A stretch of 64,000 nt of DNA, from NCBI GenBank assembly GCA_021202015.1, contig JAJQDV010000032.1, positions 20,463-84,462 of the forward strand, in the 5' to 3' direction. Every line of letters begins with the position of its first letter. Position 1 is the first letter of the stretch. This document shows positions 38,226 to 48,418 of this stretch, one piece after another. This stretch comes from Clostridiales bacterium (GTDB lineage Bacteria > Bacillota > Clostridia > Lachnospirales > Lachnospiraceae). Position numbers and translations under genes: made by a program. A model generated the notes under the pieces. It did no database searches. It saw only the letters and a program-made list of their open reading frames with translations, and was not told where the DNA came from.

Positions 38226-39307
38226 AAGAACAACTGGTTCAATCCGAAAACGAGTTAGGACTTGGAGATTTATATAAAAAAGCAAAACAGCTGATTGATA
38301 ACGCAAGAGACAGCATAGGATTGATGGCAAATGCGGTTACAGTTTATACCAGCTTTGAACTTGGCAGATATATTGTTGAGCAGGAACAACAGGGACAGGA
38401 TAGAGCGAAATACGGCGCGAAAGTTCTGGATTCTCTGTCGGCTTATCTTACGGAAGAATATGGGAAAGGATTTTCTCGTAGTAATGTTGCCGGTATGCGT
38501 CAGTTTTATATTACCTATCGTGACCGTGAAACAGCAATTGTCCAATCGGGAGTTGGACAATTGCAGATTAACTATGACGAATGGCCGTTTCGTTTAAGCT
38601 GGACACATTATCAGGTTTTGATGAGAATTTCGGACCCACAGGAAAGAGAATTTTACGAAAAGGAAGCCATACGCAGCAACTGGAACGTAAAAACACTGAA
38701 GCGACAGTACAGTTCCAGTCTTTATGAGAGATTAGCGTTAAGCAGAGATAAGGAAGATGTCCTGCGTTTGTCGAGTGAAGGTGCTACGCCACAGAAGCCT
38801 TCGGATATTTTACATACGCCATATATTCTTGAGTTTTCAGGATTGGACGACAAGGCATCTTATCATGAAAGTGATTTGGAACAATCGGTTATCGATAAGA
38901 TGCAAAACTTTCTCTTAGAGATGGGAAAAGGATTTTTGTTTGAACAGCGTCAGAAGAGATTTACCTTTCATGATAAAAATTTCTATCTGGACCTGGTTCT
39001 ATACAATCGTTTCCTGCGCTGCTATGTACTTATTGATTTTAAAATTGATGAGCTTACGCATCAGGATTTAGGACAGATGCAGATGTATGTCAATTACTAT
39101 GACCGGTACGAGATAACGGAAAATGAAAATCCGACAATAGGGATTCTCATTTGCAAGCAGAGCGATGAGGCATTGGTTGATTTGACACTGCCAAAGGATG
39201 CCAATATTTACGCGAAAGAATATAAACTGTATCTGCCGGACAAGAAACTGTTGCAGAGAAAACTGCAAGAGTGGCTTGATGAAGCTGATGAGAAGGATTT
39301 ATTATGA
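38222..39307 (+). CDS. DUF1016/YhcG PD-(D/E)XK nuclease-domain protein
   Basis: YGAKVLDSLS..LTEEYGKGFS, LSWTHY, FYEKEA..NW, FLLEMGKGFLF..RQKR, DLVLYNRFLRCYVLIDFK, DLGQMQMYVNYYD. Confidence 0.92.
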   Translation: MKEQLVQSENELGLGDLYKKAKQLIDNARDSIGLMANAVTVYTSFELGRYIVEQEQQGQDRAKYGAKVLDSLSAYLTEEYGKGFSRSNVAGMRQFYITYRDRETAIVQSGVGQLQINYDEWPFRLSWTHYQVLMRISDPQEREFYEKEAIRSNWNVKTLKRQYSSSLYERLALSRDKEDVLRLSSEGATPQKPSDILHTPYILEFSGLDDKASYHESDLEQSVIDKMQNFLLEMGKGFLFEQRQKRFTFHDKNFYLDLVLYNRFLRCYVLIDFKIDELTHQDLGQMQMYVNYYDRYEITENENPTIGILICKQSDEALVDLTLPKDANIYAKEYKLYLPDKKLLQRKLQEWLDEADEKDLL

Positions 39308-39455
39308 GGAGTTCCAATAATGACTGCAACGACGCGACAAATGTCTATCATGCGCAAAACAATTAAACTCCACAACGATGAACATGGTGCATTATCGTTG
39401 AAAGGGTATGTGCGTTCATCGTTGAGTGAGTATGTGCGTTCATCGTTACATTGTA

Positions 39456-40499
39456 TCAAAATTGGCAGGGCATTGGAAATTCCCACTCAACTTTTAATAC
39501 AATCTGGCGATAACAGACACGTCCTTCCAGTTCTTCCGGGTCTACGTTAAACGCACAGGCATCCCATTTCTCCATCGGCATCCAGCGCACCGCCTGCTTG
39601 ACCCACTGGTTTAAGCGGAGCTGCCGGAAGGAGTTTTCTTCTCCCGGATTCTGTCTGGCCGACTCGCACGCCGCCTTTACCTTATCCACACCGACCGTGA
39701 TACCGAGCGATGGATTTGCCTTCTTCCAGACCTTTGGATCTGTCCAGTCCTCTGTTTCATCCGCTCCGTAAATCACAGGGTAGAAGGTCGGGTCTATTTT
39801 CCTGCCTTCGAGGATGTCCTTCGCCTTCTGGTGTGTCTCATAGCAGATCGAGTTGGTATCCGTCCCGGCTGTCGTGATCAGGAAATAGAGGGGCTGCATC
39901 CTGGCATCGCCGGAGCCTTTCGTCATAACATCAAACAGCTTCCGGTTTGGCTGGGTATGAAGCTCATCAAAGACCACGCCGTGTATATTAAAGCCGTGCT
40001 TGGAGTAAGCCTCCGCCGACAGCACCTGATAGAAGCTGTTGGTCGGTTGGTAGATAATCCGTTTCTGTGAAGCAAGGATTTTCACACGCTTCGAAAGGGC
40101 CGGACACATCCGCACCATATCCGCAGCCACATCAAATACGATTGTGGCCTGCTGCCGGTCAGCAGCGCACCCATACACCTCGGCACGTTCCTCACCGTCA
40201 CCGCAGGTGAGTAGCAGTGCGACCGCTGCCGCAAGCTCCGACTTGCCCTGTTTTTTCGGTATCTCGATGTATGCCGTATTAAACTGCCGATACCCATTCG
40301 GTTTTAAGATGCCGAACAGGTCGCGGATAATCCGCTCCTGCCAGTCAATCAGTTCAAACGGTTTTCCAGCCCAGGTGCCTTTTGTGTGGCACAGGCACTC
40401 GATAAAGCTCACCGCATAATCGGCGGCATCCTTATCATATACAGAGTCCTTTGCCTTAAATTTTGTAGGACTGTATTTTCTTAATTTCCGCATTGCCAC
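39456..40499 (-). pseudogene. terL: Phage terminase large subunit, C-terminal nuclease domain lost
   Basis: IPKKQGKS Walker A, AADRQQA, VVFDELH, ITTAG; homology ends at GRVCY (about 39508) before the expected GGLDL nuclease motif. Confidence 0.9.
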
Positions 40500-40575
40500 A
40501 TGTGCCACCTCCAAACTGGCATGAAAAAAGAGCGGCTCCTCAGTGAGAAGTCACTCTTCATAAAATCAAACAAAC

Positions 40576-41238
40576 TTATTTCTCATATTTTTCAAAATAT
40601 CCCTTATCGTCAAAAGCAAAACGCCTGCTCCTGACTTTTATCGATATCGCAAACGGCAACAGAATTAAGAAGACTGCTATGCCCATAAATATTCCGATTC
40701 CGCCCAAAATCTGCATTCCGGTAAATGAGTGTACCGTCAGCCACTTAACTCCCGCTGCACTCAGCGGAATCATCATACACCATGAAGTGACCGTTCCCGG
40801 ACCATAGATCGTTTTCTTACCTTTTTCGCGATAGCGTCTATACATAAGTATTCCGCTCCGGGTATGGTTTATCGTCTCCCCAAGTCCAAAGAAAATCACA
40901 AGCGTAACAGCGCTGACTTCTATTTTAAGAGTTGAAATTGTCACTAAAATCAAAACAATTTCAGCGCCCAGATTCGTAACCATATTTGTGCACTGGTTTT
41001 GCGGATATACCATAGGCTCCTCAGAGCGAAATCCTACATTGTTCATAAAATAAAATCCCGCAGGGAACGAGTTTTCCTCAAATATGTGCATCGGCACAAG
41101 AATAGCCAGTATGCAGACGAGCTTTTGTGACTGTTCCCACGAACCCCAGTTCCAAATCAGGGTACAGCCCATTGCCACTCCAAGGAAATACACCGCATAC
41201 AGCCATGTCCTGTCACACCACCTTTTTAACATATCCAT
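40576..41238 (-). CDS. HXXEE-domain membrane protein (moron-like cargo)
   Basis: VPMHIFEE motif, several TM helices; own terminator (40521-40559) and putative promoter. Confidence 0.8.
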   Translation of the reverse strand: MDMLKRWCDRTWLYAVYFLGVAMGCTLIWNWGSWEQSQKLVCILAILVPMHIFEENSFPAGFYFMNNVGFRSEEPMVYPQNQCTNMVTNLGAEIVLILVTISTLKIEVSAVTLVIFFGLGETINHTRSGILMYRRYREKGKKTIYGPGTVTSWCMMIPLSAAGVKWLTVHSFTGMQILGGIGIFMGIAVFLILLPFAISIKVRSRRFAFDDKGYFEKYEK

Positions 41239-41365
41239 TGTTTAGACTGCCATCCTTCCACTTGATTTTCTCAAGAAAATCATACTAGCATATGGGATGA
41301 GTATACCACATAAAAACAGAAATTGAAAGACAGCAGTCCACCTAATCTGTGAAATTTTTATCAAA

Positions 41366-41569
41366 TCACTGACCGTCCGTGTATCTGTGGATGGTGTCGA
41401 GAATCTGCGCCTGCTCGGCGCTGTCAACACCGATGCTCTCTAAGGCTTCTCTAATTCCGCAATCAGGGCAGATAAGAGTTTCGTTGTCCTCACGCGAAAG
41501 CGCCGGAGTGGAGCAGTAGGTTTTGCCGCATCGCGGACACACACGTTTTTCAAATTCATCTTTCTTCAT
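41366..41569 (-). CDS. Small phage zinc-finger protein
   Basis: CPRCG..ALSREDNETLICPDCGIREAL; GAAAGGA RBS. Confidence 0.75.
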   Translation of the reverse strand: MKKDEFEKRVCPRCGKTYCSTPALSREDNETLICPDCGIREALESIGVDSAEQAQILDTIHRYTDGQ

Positions 41570-41675
41570 AATCGGTTCCGTCCTTTCAATTTTCGATATT
41601 CGAAGGGGACACCCTTCTACCACCTTAAGACCGCCGTAGCGGTCGGGGAGGTGTCAGGGGGCTGGCTCCTGCGGG

Positions 41676-42320
41676 TTATGCGGTCCTGCTGTTCCGGAAG
41701 GCTGCGTCTCCAGCAAGCCGTCTGGTGAGCAGGTCTCTTGCGGTAGCGAATTCGTCTCCGATGAAGCCGAGGCGGAGGAGCCAGGTGCGCATGTCGCACC
41801 ATTCTTTGAGGAGCGGAGCCACCTGCTTCGTGAGCTTGGTTTCCCAGCGGTCATACGCGCCCATCTCATCCGGCTGTTCGAACTTGCGCATCTTCGCGTG
41901 GGCTGTCACCACCACATGGACACCAGAAGCAATGACCTTATCCAAAGTAATCAGGAACCGTCCGAATTCCTCTGCCAGGTACACATATCCCTTCGAGTAC
42001 CCGAATTCTTCGATACCGTTCTTTTTGTACTTGCCGCAGATATAAGTGGTGGCGAGCTGCTCCGCCCAGTCTGCCGTGTCAACCACAAGCGTCTTGCAGA
42101 TACCGCTCGTTGCCGCGACTTCATTGATAATGGCGATGAGCTCATCCCAGGTCGCCGGTCGGTCAATGCAGCGCACATCCATGTGTGCCGTGCCGCCTTC
42201 CGTATCAATGAAAAGCGGCTCCGGGAACTGCGCCGCCAGCGTGGTCTTCCCAACACCCTCCGGACCGTAGATGACCACGCGCTGCGGCCTGGGGATTTTT
42301 CCGTTTCGAATATTCAGCAT
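41676..42320 (-). pseudogene. Chimeric ORF: phage AAA_24 (Sak4-like) ATPase N-terminus fused to amidoligase-like C-terminal tail
   Basis: YGPEGVGKT, DTEGGT, VVDTADW ... KEWCDM then RTWLLRLGFIGDEFATAR..LAGDAAFR; junction near 41790. Confidence 0.75.
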
Positions 42321-42331
42321 AAAAGCCTCCT

Positions 42332-42452
42332 TTACTTCAGCGAGCAGGACTTATCCTCGACCACGGCACAGCCGGGTACTTTGATTCCTGCGTTAATCAG
42401 TTTCTTTACCTCGGTTTTCGCAACCTCCGGATCCTTCACCCGGTAGAGCGAT
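42332..42452 (-). pseudogene. 3' remnant of a siphovirus Gp157-like gene
   Basis: RVKDPEVAKTEVKKLINAGIKVPGCAVVEDKSCSLK* directly upstream of the AAA gene RBS. Confidence 0.55.
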
Positions 42453-42462
42453 TATCCGAAGG

Positions 42463-42768
42463 ATGGATCAGATCGGCATACGCAATGGTTATCTGACGGA
42501 GCGGAATGAACTCAGTTACGTTTCTGAGATGCAGAGAATCATCGCCCAACTGGAGATTTATGATCAGGCTTGGTATGTTCGTGAAAAGGATTACGCTGAT
42601 TCCCCAGAAGAGAAGCATCATAGCAGGCATGCGAAAAAACTTGTTGAAGAGATGCTTGATATATTGGAGTACTGGGAAGAGAGCAGCACAGCGGAGTGTT
42701 TTCCTATAGATCAGATTGATGAGTTGGAAAAGGAATATGGGATTGTAAGAAAGCATCATTGGAAATGA
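42463..42768 (+). CDS. Hypothetical protein
   Basis: 101-aa ORF with AAGGA RBS; no family recognised. Confidence 0.55.
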   Translation: MDQIGIRNGYLTERNELSYVSEMQRIIAQLEIYDQAWYVREKDYADSPEEKHHSRHAKKLVEEMLDILEYWEESSTAECFPIDQIDELEKEYGIVRKHHWK

Positions 42769-42907
42769 AGTTTATTTCCCTACAGATATGCATAATACTT
42801 TTTGAATGTTATTGCGCGAGTGATTCTTTTTAGTGAAAATGTTTTGAGTGGCACAATTTCAGGAAGTTGACGATGAATATTAAGGGCTGATCCTTCTGCA
42901 AAAAAGA

Positions 42908-42979
42908 TTGCAATTTGATATTTCTGCCGTTATAATGTGAGATGAATGTCAACCATTTGAGGTGGAAAGAAGGTATACA
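42908..42979 (+). promoter_or_regulatory. bioB promoter and possible BirA-type operator
   Basis: TTGCAA-17 bp-TATAAT; TGTCAACC-N17-GGTATACA overlaps the RBS, with a spacer longer than usual. Confidence 0.45.
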
Positions 42980-44011
42980 ATGAATTTGTCAGTTTTAGCA
43001 GATGAGATCATCGAAGGACGACGGCTGACCCGGGAGGATGATCTGTCCGGTTTTGTCGACTGTTCCCTAGAGGAATTGCGCCGGGGCGCGGACCGGATCC
43101 GGGCGCATTTTCGCGGGGACAGGGTGGATCTCTGTACGATCATCAACGGGAGGAGCGGACATTGCAGCGAGGACTGCAAATATTGCGCACAGTCCGGCCA
43201 CAATCACACAGGGATAGAGGAGTACGAATTTCTTTCAACGGAACAGATTGTCCGGGAAGCTCTTGCGAACGAGCGCGGGGGCGTGGACCGATTTTCCATT
43301 GTAACGGCGGGACGTTGTCTCAGTGACAGTGATTTTGAGAAGGCGATCGACGCGTACAGGGCGATGAGCCGACAGTGTAAGCTGGAGCTCTGCGCTTCCC
43401 ATGGGCTGCTCACGGCGGATCAGCTTCGCAGGCTGCGGGAGGCGGGGGTGACCGGATATCACGCGAATATTGAGACGTCCCGCAGGTTTTTCCCGTACAT
43501 CTGCACAACACATACATATGACGACAGGATTGATACAATCCGGCGGGCGCAGGAGGCGGGGCTGCGCGTCTGTTCCGGCGGCATTATCGGTATGGGCGAG
43601 ACGTGGGAGGATCGTCTGGATATGGCGGTCAGTCTGTCGGAGCTTCATGTGATGTCCATTCCGATCAATGCGCTCAACCCGATTCCCGGCACGCCGCTGG
43701 CAGGGCGGGAGAGGCTGGAGGAGAAGGACATCCTGCGGACGATCGCGTTTTTCCGGTATCTGAATCCGGAGGCGGATATCCGGCTGGCTGCCGGGAGAGC
43801 GCTGCTGACGGAGTCCGGGAAGGAAGCGTTTTCCGGCGGAGCCAGTGCAACGATCACGGGAAATATGCTGACGACCACGGGATCGGATATTTGCAGCGAC
43901 CGCAGGATGCTGACGGCGATCGGGCGCAGGATTGCACCGGGCACAGTGCCCAATGATTCGCCGGATGATGCGTCGACTGCAGGGCACAGTGAAATGATAC
44001 GGGGGAAATGA
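42980..44011 (+). CDS. bioB: Biotin synthase
   Basis: CSEDCKYCAQS, LCASHG, HANIETS, CSGGIIGMGE, PINALNPIPGTPL, IRLAAGR, TITGNMLTT. Confidence 0.96.
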   Translation: MNLSVLADEIIEGRRLTREDDLSGFVDCSLEELRRGADRIRAHFRGDRVDLCTIINGRSGHCSEDCKYCAQSGHNHTGIEEYEFLSTEQIVREALANERGGVDRFSIVTAGRCLSDSDFEKAIDAYRAMSRQCKLELCASHGLLTADQLRRLREAGVTGYHANIETSRRFFPYICTTHTYDDRIDTIRRAQEAGLRVCSGGIIGMGETWEDRLDMAVSLSELHVMSIPINALNPIPGTPLAGRERLEEKDILRTIAFFRYLNPEADIRLAAGRALLTESGKEAFSGGASATITGNMLTTTGSDICSDRRMLTAIGRRIAPGTVPNDSPDDASTAGHSEMIRGK

Positions 44012-44014
44012 CTT

Positions 44015-44767
44015 ATGCCGGATCAATTTTCACGGACGGAGCTTTTGCTTGGCAGGGAACGGATGGAAAAGCTTTTTTCATCGCGCGTCGCCGTGTTCGG
44101 GATCGGCGGCGTGGGGGGTTACACCGTGGAGGCATTGGCGCGAAGCGGTGTCGGAACACTGGATCTGATCGACGACGACCGGATCTGTCTGACAAATCTG
44201 AATCGTCAGATCCTGGCGACGAGGCAGACCGTCGGGCAATACAAGGTGGACGTGGCAGAAGAACGAATTCGTTCGATCAATCCGGCCGCGGTGGTTCATA
44301 CTTATAAGACTTTTTATATGCCGGATACCGCGGAGCAGTTTGATTTTTCCGCGTATGATTATGTGGTGGACGCCATCGACACGGTGACGGGCAAGCTGGC
44401 TCTGGTCGTGCGTGCAGAGCAGTCCGGCACGCCCATCATCAGCTGCATGGGCGCGGGAAACAAGATGGACGCTTCCGCCTTTGAGGTGGCGGATATCTAT
44501 GAGACGAGCATCTGCCCGCTGGCGCGCGTGATGCGCCGTGAACTGAAAAAGCGCGGCATAAAAAAACTGAAAGTCGTCTACTCCAGAGAACCGGCCATGC
44601 AGCTCACGGAAGATTCGAAGCTCTGCTGTGAGAGCGGCTGCATCTGTCCTCCGGATACTGCGCGGAACTGTTCGCAGCGCCGCCAGGTGCCGGGCAGCAA
44701 CGCGTTCGTACCGGCTGTGGCTGGATTGATCATCGCAGGGGAAGTCGTGCGGGATCTGAGCGTGTGA
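44015..44767 (+). CDS. tcdA: tRNA threonylcarbamoyladenosine dehydratase (ThiF family)
   Basis: FSRTELLLG, FGIGGVGG, TNLNRQ, VDAIDT, SCMGAGNK, CPLARVMR. Confidence 0.88.
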   Translation: MPDQFSRTELLLGRERMEKLFSSRVAVFGIGGVGGYTVEALARSGVGTLDLIDDDRICLTNLNRQILATRQTVGQYKVDVAEERIRSINPAAVVHTYKTFYMPDTAEQFDFSAYDYVVDAIDTVTGKLALVVRAEQSGTPIISCMGAGNKMDASAFEVADIYETSICPLARVMRRELKKRGIKKLKVVYSREPAMQLTEDSKLCCESGCICPPDTARNCSQRRQVPGSNAFVPAVAGLIIAGEVVRDLSV

Positions 44768-44878
44768 TTTTTTAAGTCTTGCAGTTTCAAAAAACCTATG
44801 CTAGAATAATCACCGGATTACTCCGTTCCGCAGGGGATGGAGTATTTTGGATGAATATAATGAATATGGAGAATCAAC

Positions 44879-45898
44879 ATGCAGGAAAAATTAAAACAGA
44901 TCAGGGAGCGTGCCGTGCATGAGATCGAGATTGCCGACAGTCTGGACAGTCTGAACGCGGTTCGCGTCGCGATCCTCGGAAAGAAGGGGGAACTGACCGC
45001 CGTGCTGAAGGGCATGAAGGATGTCAGCCCCGAGGAGCGGCCGCTGGTCGGTCAGATGGTGAATGAGACCCGTACGGTCATAGAGAAGAAGCTGGAAGAG
45101 AAGAAGAAGAAAATGGAGGCACAGGCTCTGGAGCTGAAATTGCAGGAGGAGGTCATCGATGTGACGCTTCCGTCGAAAGGAAGTCCGGCGGGCCACAGCC
45201 ATCCGAATACGATCGCTCTGGAGGAGGTGGAACGCATCTTCATCGGTATGGGCTATGAGGTCGTGGAGGGCCCTGAGATCGAATATGATTATTATAATTT
45301 CGAGGCGCTGAATATTCCGGCGAATCATCCGGCGAAGGACGAGCAGGATACCTTTTATATCGGAAATGATATCCTGCTTCGGACGCAGACTTCTCCGGTT
45401 CAGGTGCGTGTGATGGAGCAGGGAAAGCTTCCCATCCGCATGATCGCTCCGGGGCGCGTGTTCCGCTCCGATGAGGTGGACGCGACGCACTCCCCTTCCT
45501 TCCACCAGATCGAGGGTCTTGTCATCGATAAAAATATTACGTTTTCAGATTTAAAGGGAACGCTGCAGGAGTTTGCGAAGGAACTGTTCGGAGAGGGTAC
45601 GAAGGTCAAGTTCCGCCCGCATCATTTCCCGTTCACGGAGCCGAGCGCGGAGGTGGATGTGACCTGTTTCAAGTGCGGCGGGAGCGGCTGTCGGTTCTGC
45701 AAGGGCGAGGGATGGATCGAGATTCTCGGCTGCGGCATGGTGCATCCTCATGTACTGGAGATGAGCAACATCGACCCGAAGGAGTACACGGGATTTGCAT
45801 TCGGCGTCGGCCTGGAGCGGATCGCGCTGTTAAAATATGAGATCGACGACATGCGTCTGCTGTATGAGAATGATATACGCTTCCTGAAACAGTTTTAG
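44879..45898 (+). CDS. pheS: Phenylalanine--tRNA ligase alpha subunit
   Basis: [46 protein letters not shown]. Confidence 0.98.
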   Translation: MQEKLKQIRERAVHEIEIADSLDSLNAVRVAILGKKGELTAVLKGMKDVSPEERPLVGQMVNETRTVIEKKLEEKKKKMEAQALELKLQEEVIDVTLPSKGSPAGHSHPNTIALEEVERIFIGMGYEVVEGPEIEYDYYNFEALNIPANHPAKDEQDTFYIGNDILLRTQTSPVQVRVMEQGKLPIRMIAPGRVFRSDEVDATHSPSFHQIEGLVIDKNITFSDLKGTLQEFAKELFGEGTKVKFRPHHFPFTEPSAEVDVTCFKCGGSGCRFCKGEGWIEILGCGMVHPHVLEMSNIDPKEYTGFAFGVGLERIALLKYEIDDMRLLYENDIRFLKQF

Positions 45899-45926
45899 CG
45901 TTGGCATTGAGAAGAAAGGGATAAAA

Positions 45927-48344
45927 ATGGTTACATCTTTAAAATGGATACAGGCCTATGTGCCGGATCTGGACGTTGACGCGCAGGAGTACATGGACGC
46001 GATGACCCTGTCCGGTTCCAAGGTGGAGGGTTATCGCAAACTGGACGTGGATCTGGAGAATATCGTGATCGGACATGTGTTGTCGGTGGAGCCGCATCCG
46101 AACGCGGACAAGCTGCTCATCTGCCGGGTGGATATCGGCGGCAGGACCGTTCAGATCGTCACCGGCGCTTCAAATGTTTTTGAGGGCGCGAAGGTCATCG
46201 TTGTTCTGGACGGCGGCCGTGTAGCCGGAACGCATGCGGACGGAAAGACCGTTCCCGGAGGCGTGAAGATCACCGCCGGCAAACTGCGCGGCGTGGATTC
46301 CTACGGGATGATGTGCTCAATCGAGGAACTGGGTTCGACGACGGATATGTACCCGGACGCGCCGGAGGACGGACTGTATATCCTGCCGGAGGACGCGCCG
46401 GTGGGAGAGAGCGCGCCGGCTTATCTCGGACTGGACGACGTGGTGGTGGAGTATGAGATCACATCAAACAGGGTGGACTGTTTTTCCGTGATCGGCATTG
46501 CCAGGGAGGCCGCCGCGACGTTTCATAAGGATTTTATTCCACCGGTTATCACGGAGACGGGGAATGACGAGGACGTCAATGATTATATTAAAGTGACGGT
46601 GGAGGACAGCGATCTCTGCGCTCGATATACGGCGCGTGTGGTGAAAAATATCCGGCTGGCGCCTTCGCCGGAGTGGATGCAGCGCAGACTGGCCGCGCAC
46701 GGCATCCGTCCGATCAATAATATTGTCGATATTACGAATTATGTCATGGAAGAGTATGGGCAGCCGATGCACGCCTATGATCTGGATCATATCGCGGGCC
46801 GGGAGATCCGTGTGCGCCGTGCCGCACAGGGGGAGACTTTCACTACGCTGGACGGGCAGGAGCGGGTGCTGGACGATTCGGTTCTCATGATCTGTGACGG
46901 AGAAAAGGGCGTCGGCATTGCCGGGATCATGGGCGGCGAGAACTCCATGATCACCGATGACGTGAAAACGATGCTGTTTGAGGCGGCCTGTTTCGACGGG
47001 ACGAATATCCGTCTCTCTTCGAAAAAAATCGGGCTGCGCACGGACGCCTCCGCGAAATTTGAAAAGGGTCTGGACCCGAACAACGCCATGGAAGCGATGA
47101 ACCGTGCCTGCCAGCTGATCGAGGAGCTCGGCGCCGGCGAGGTGGTCGGCGGGGCGGTTGACGTTTACAACCGGCCGATGACGGAGCACAGGGTTCCGTT
47201 TGATCCGGCGTGGATCAACGGTCTGCTCGGCACAGATATTGATGAGGAGACCATGATCGGGTATCTGAAGAAGATCAATCTGGAGGTAGACCGCGCGGCG
47301 CATGAGGTGATCGCGCCGTCCTGGCGGCAGGATCTCCTGCGGGATGCCGATATCGCGGAAGAGATCGCGCGGTTTTACGGGTATGACAATATCCCGACGA
47401 CGTTGCCGCATTCCTCCACGACCGGAAAGCTTTCTTATAAACTCCGCATCGAGGAGATAGCCCGGATGACGGCGCAGCACTGCGGATTTTCCCAGGGGAT
47501 GACCTACTCCTTTGAGAGCCCGAAGGTATTTGACCGGCTTCTGATCCCGGAGGACAGTGACCTTCGAAGAGCGGTGGAGATATCGAATCCTCTCGGAGAG
47601 GATTTCAGTATCATGCGGACGCAGTCGGCTGCCGGGATGCTGACATCCCTGGCTACGAATTTTAACCGGAGAAATAAAAATGTCCGTCTGTATGAGTTGG
47701 GGAATATTTATCTTCCGAAACAGCTTCCGCTCACGGAGCTTCCCGATGAGAGGATGCAGTTTACCCTTGGCTTCTACGGCGACGGGGATTTTTATACCAT
47801 GAAGGGCGCGGTCGAGGAGTTCCTGGCTGCCGTCGGCATGAGGAAACGGCCGGTCTTTGATCCGGACGCCGGAATTCCGTTTCTGCATCCCGGCCGTCAG
47901 GCGAATGTTCTTTATGAAAAAGAAAAAATCGCGTATCTCGGCGAGGTTCACCCGGCGGTGTCCGCGGCCTATGGGAGCAAGGGACGTGTGTATCTGGCTG
48001 TCATCGATATGCCGGAGATTGTGAAGCGGGCGGGCTTTGATCGGAAATACGAGGGGATCGCGCGTTTCCCGGCCGTGACCCGCGACCTGTCTCTGGTTGT
48101 TCCTAAGTCTGTGCTGGCGGGGGAGATCGAGGCGATGTTTATCCAGCGGGGAGGAAAACTGTTGGAGTCCTGCGAGCTCTTTGATATTTATGAGGGAGAG
48201 CAGATTCAGGCGGGATTCAAGTCGCTGGCTTACACCCTGACTTTCCGGTTGAAAGACCGTACGCTTGAGGAGAGCGACATTACGTCCGTGATGAAAAAGA
48301 TCATGAACGGGCTGGAGCGTATGGGGATAGAGCTTCGTCAGTAA
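45927..48344 (+). CDS. pheT: Phenylalanine--tRNA ligase beta subunit
   Basis: HPNADKL, GMMCS, ITSNRVDC, INNIVDITNY, RTDASAKFEKG, FPAVTRDLS. Confidence 0.97.
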   Translation: MVTSLKWIQAYVPDLDVDAQEYMDAMTLSGSKVEGYRKLDVDLENIVIGHVLSVEPHPNADKLLICRVDIGGRTVQIVTGASNVFEGAKVIVVLDGGRVAGTHADGKTVPGGVKITAGKLRGVDSYGMMCSIEELGSTTDMYPDAPEDGLYILPEDAPVGESAPAYLGLDDVVVEYEITSNRVDCFSVIGIAREAAATFHKDFIPPVITETGNDEDVNDYIKVTVEDSDLCARYTARVVKNIRLAPSPEWMQRRLAAHGIRPINNIVDITNYVMEEYGQPMHAYDLDHIAGREIRVRRAAQGETFTTLDGQERVLDDSVLMICDGEKGVGIAGIMGGENSMITDDVKTMLFEAACFDGTNIRLSSKKIGLRTDASAKFEKGLDPNNAMEAMNRACQLIEELGAGEVVGGAVDVYNRPMTEHRVPFDPAWINGLLGTDIDEETMIGYLKKINLEVDRAAHEVIAPSWRQDLLRDADIAEEIARFYGYDNIPTTLPHSSTTGKLSYKLRIEEIARMTAQHCGFSQGMTYSFESPKVFDRLLIPEDSDLRRAVEISNPLGEDFSIMRTQSAAGMLTSLATNFNRRNKNVRLYELGNIYLPKQLPLTELPDERMQFTLGFYGDGDFYTMKGAVEEFLAAVGMRKRPVFDPDAGIPFLHPGRQANVLYEKEKIAYLGEVHPAVSAAYGSKGRVYLAVIDMPEIVKRAGFDRKYEGIARFPAVTRDLSLVVPKSVLAGEIEAMFIQRGGKLLESCELFDIYEGEQIQAGFKSLAYTLTFRLKDRTLEESDITSVMKKIMNGLERMGIELRQ

Positions 48345-48418
48345 ACCGGCCGTAACGTTCTGCGTCAGTTTCCGGAGCGGTTTACAGCCATACGGATTGA
48401 CGGATATGGAATCTTATC

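Larger units (their letters stand above)
37870..42800. mobile_element. Collapsed cryptic prophage remnant (boundaries approximate)
   Basis: Truncated terL, AAA/amidoligase chimera, Gp157-like and HTH gene tails, Zn-finger gene, AT-rich cargo; no integrase or att repeat seen. Confidence 0.8.

Noticed and set aside
41366-41623. 85-aa start for the Zn-finger ORF and the overlapping ORFs at 41617-42446
   Set aside because: The RBS supports ATG 41569; the overlapping frames are shadows of the phage remnant.
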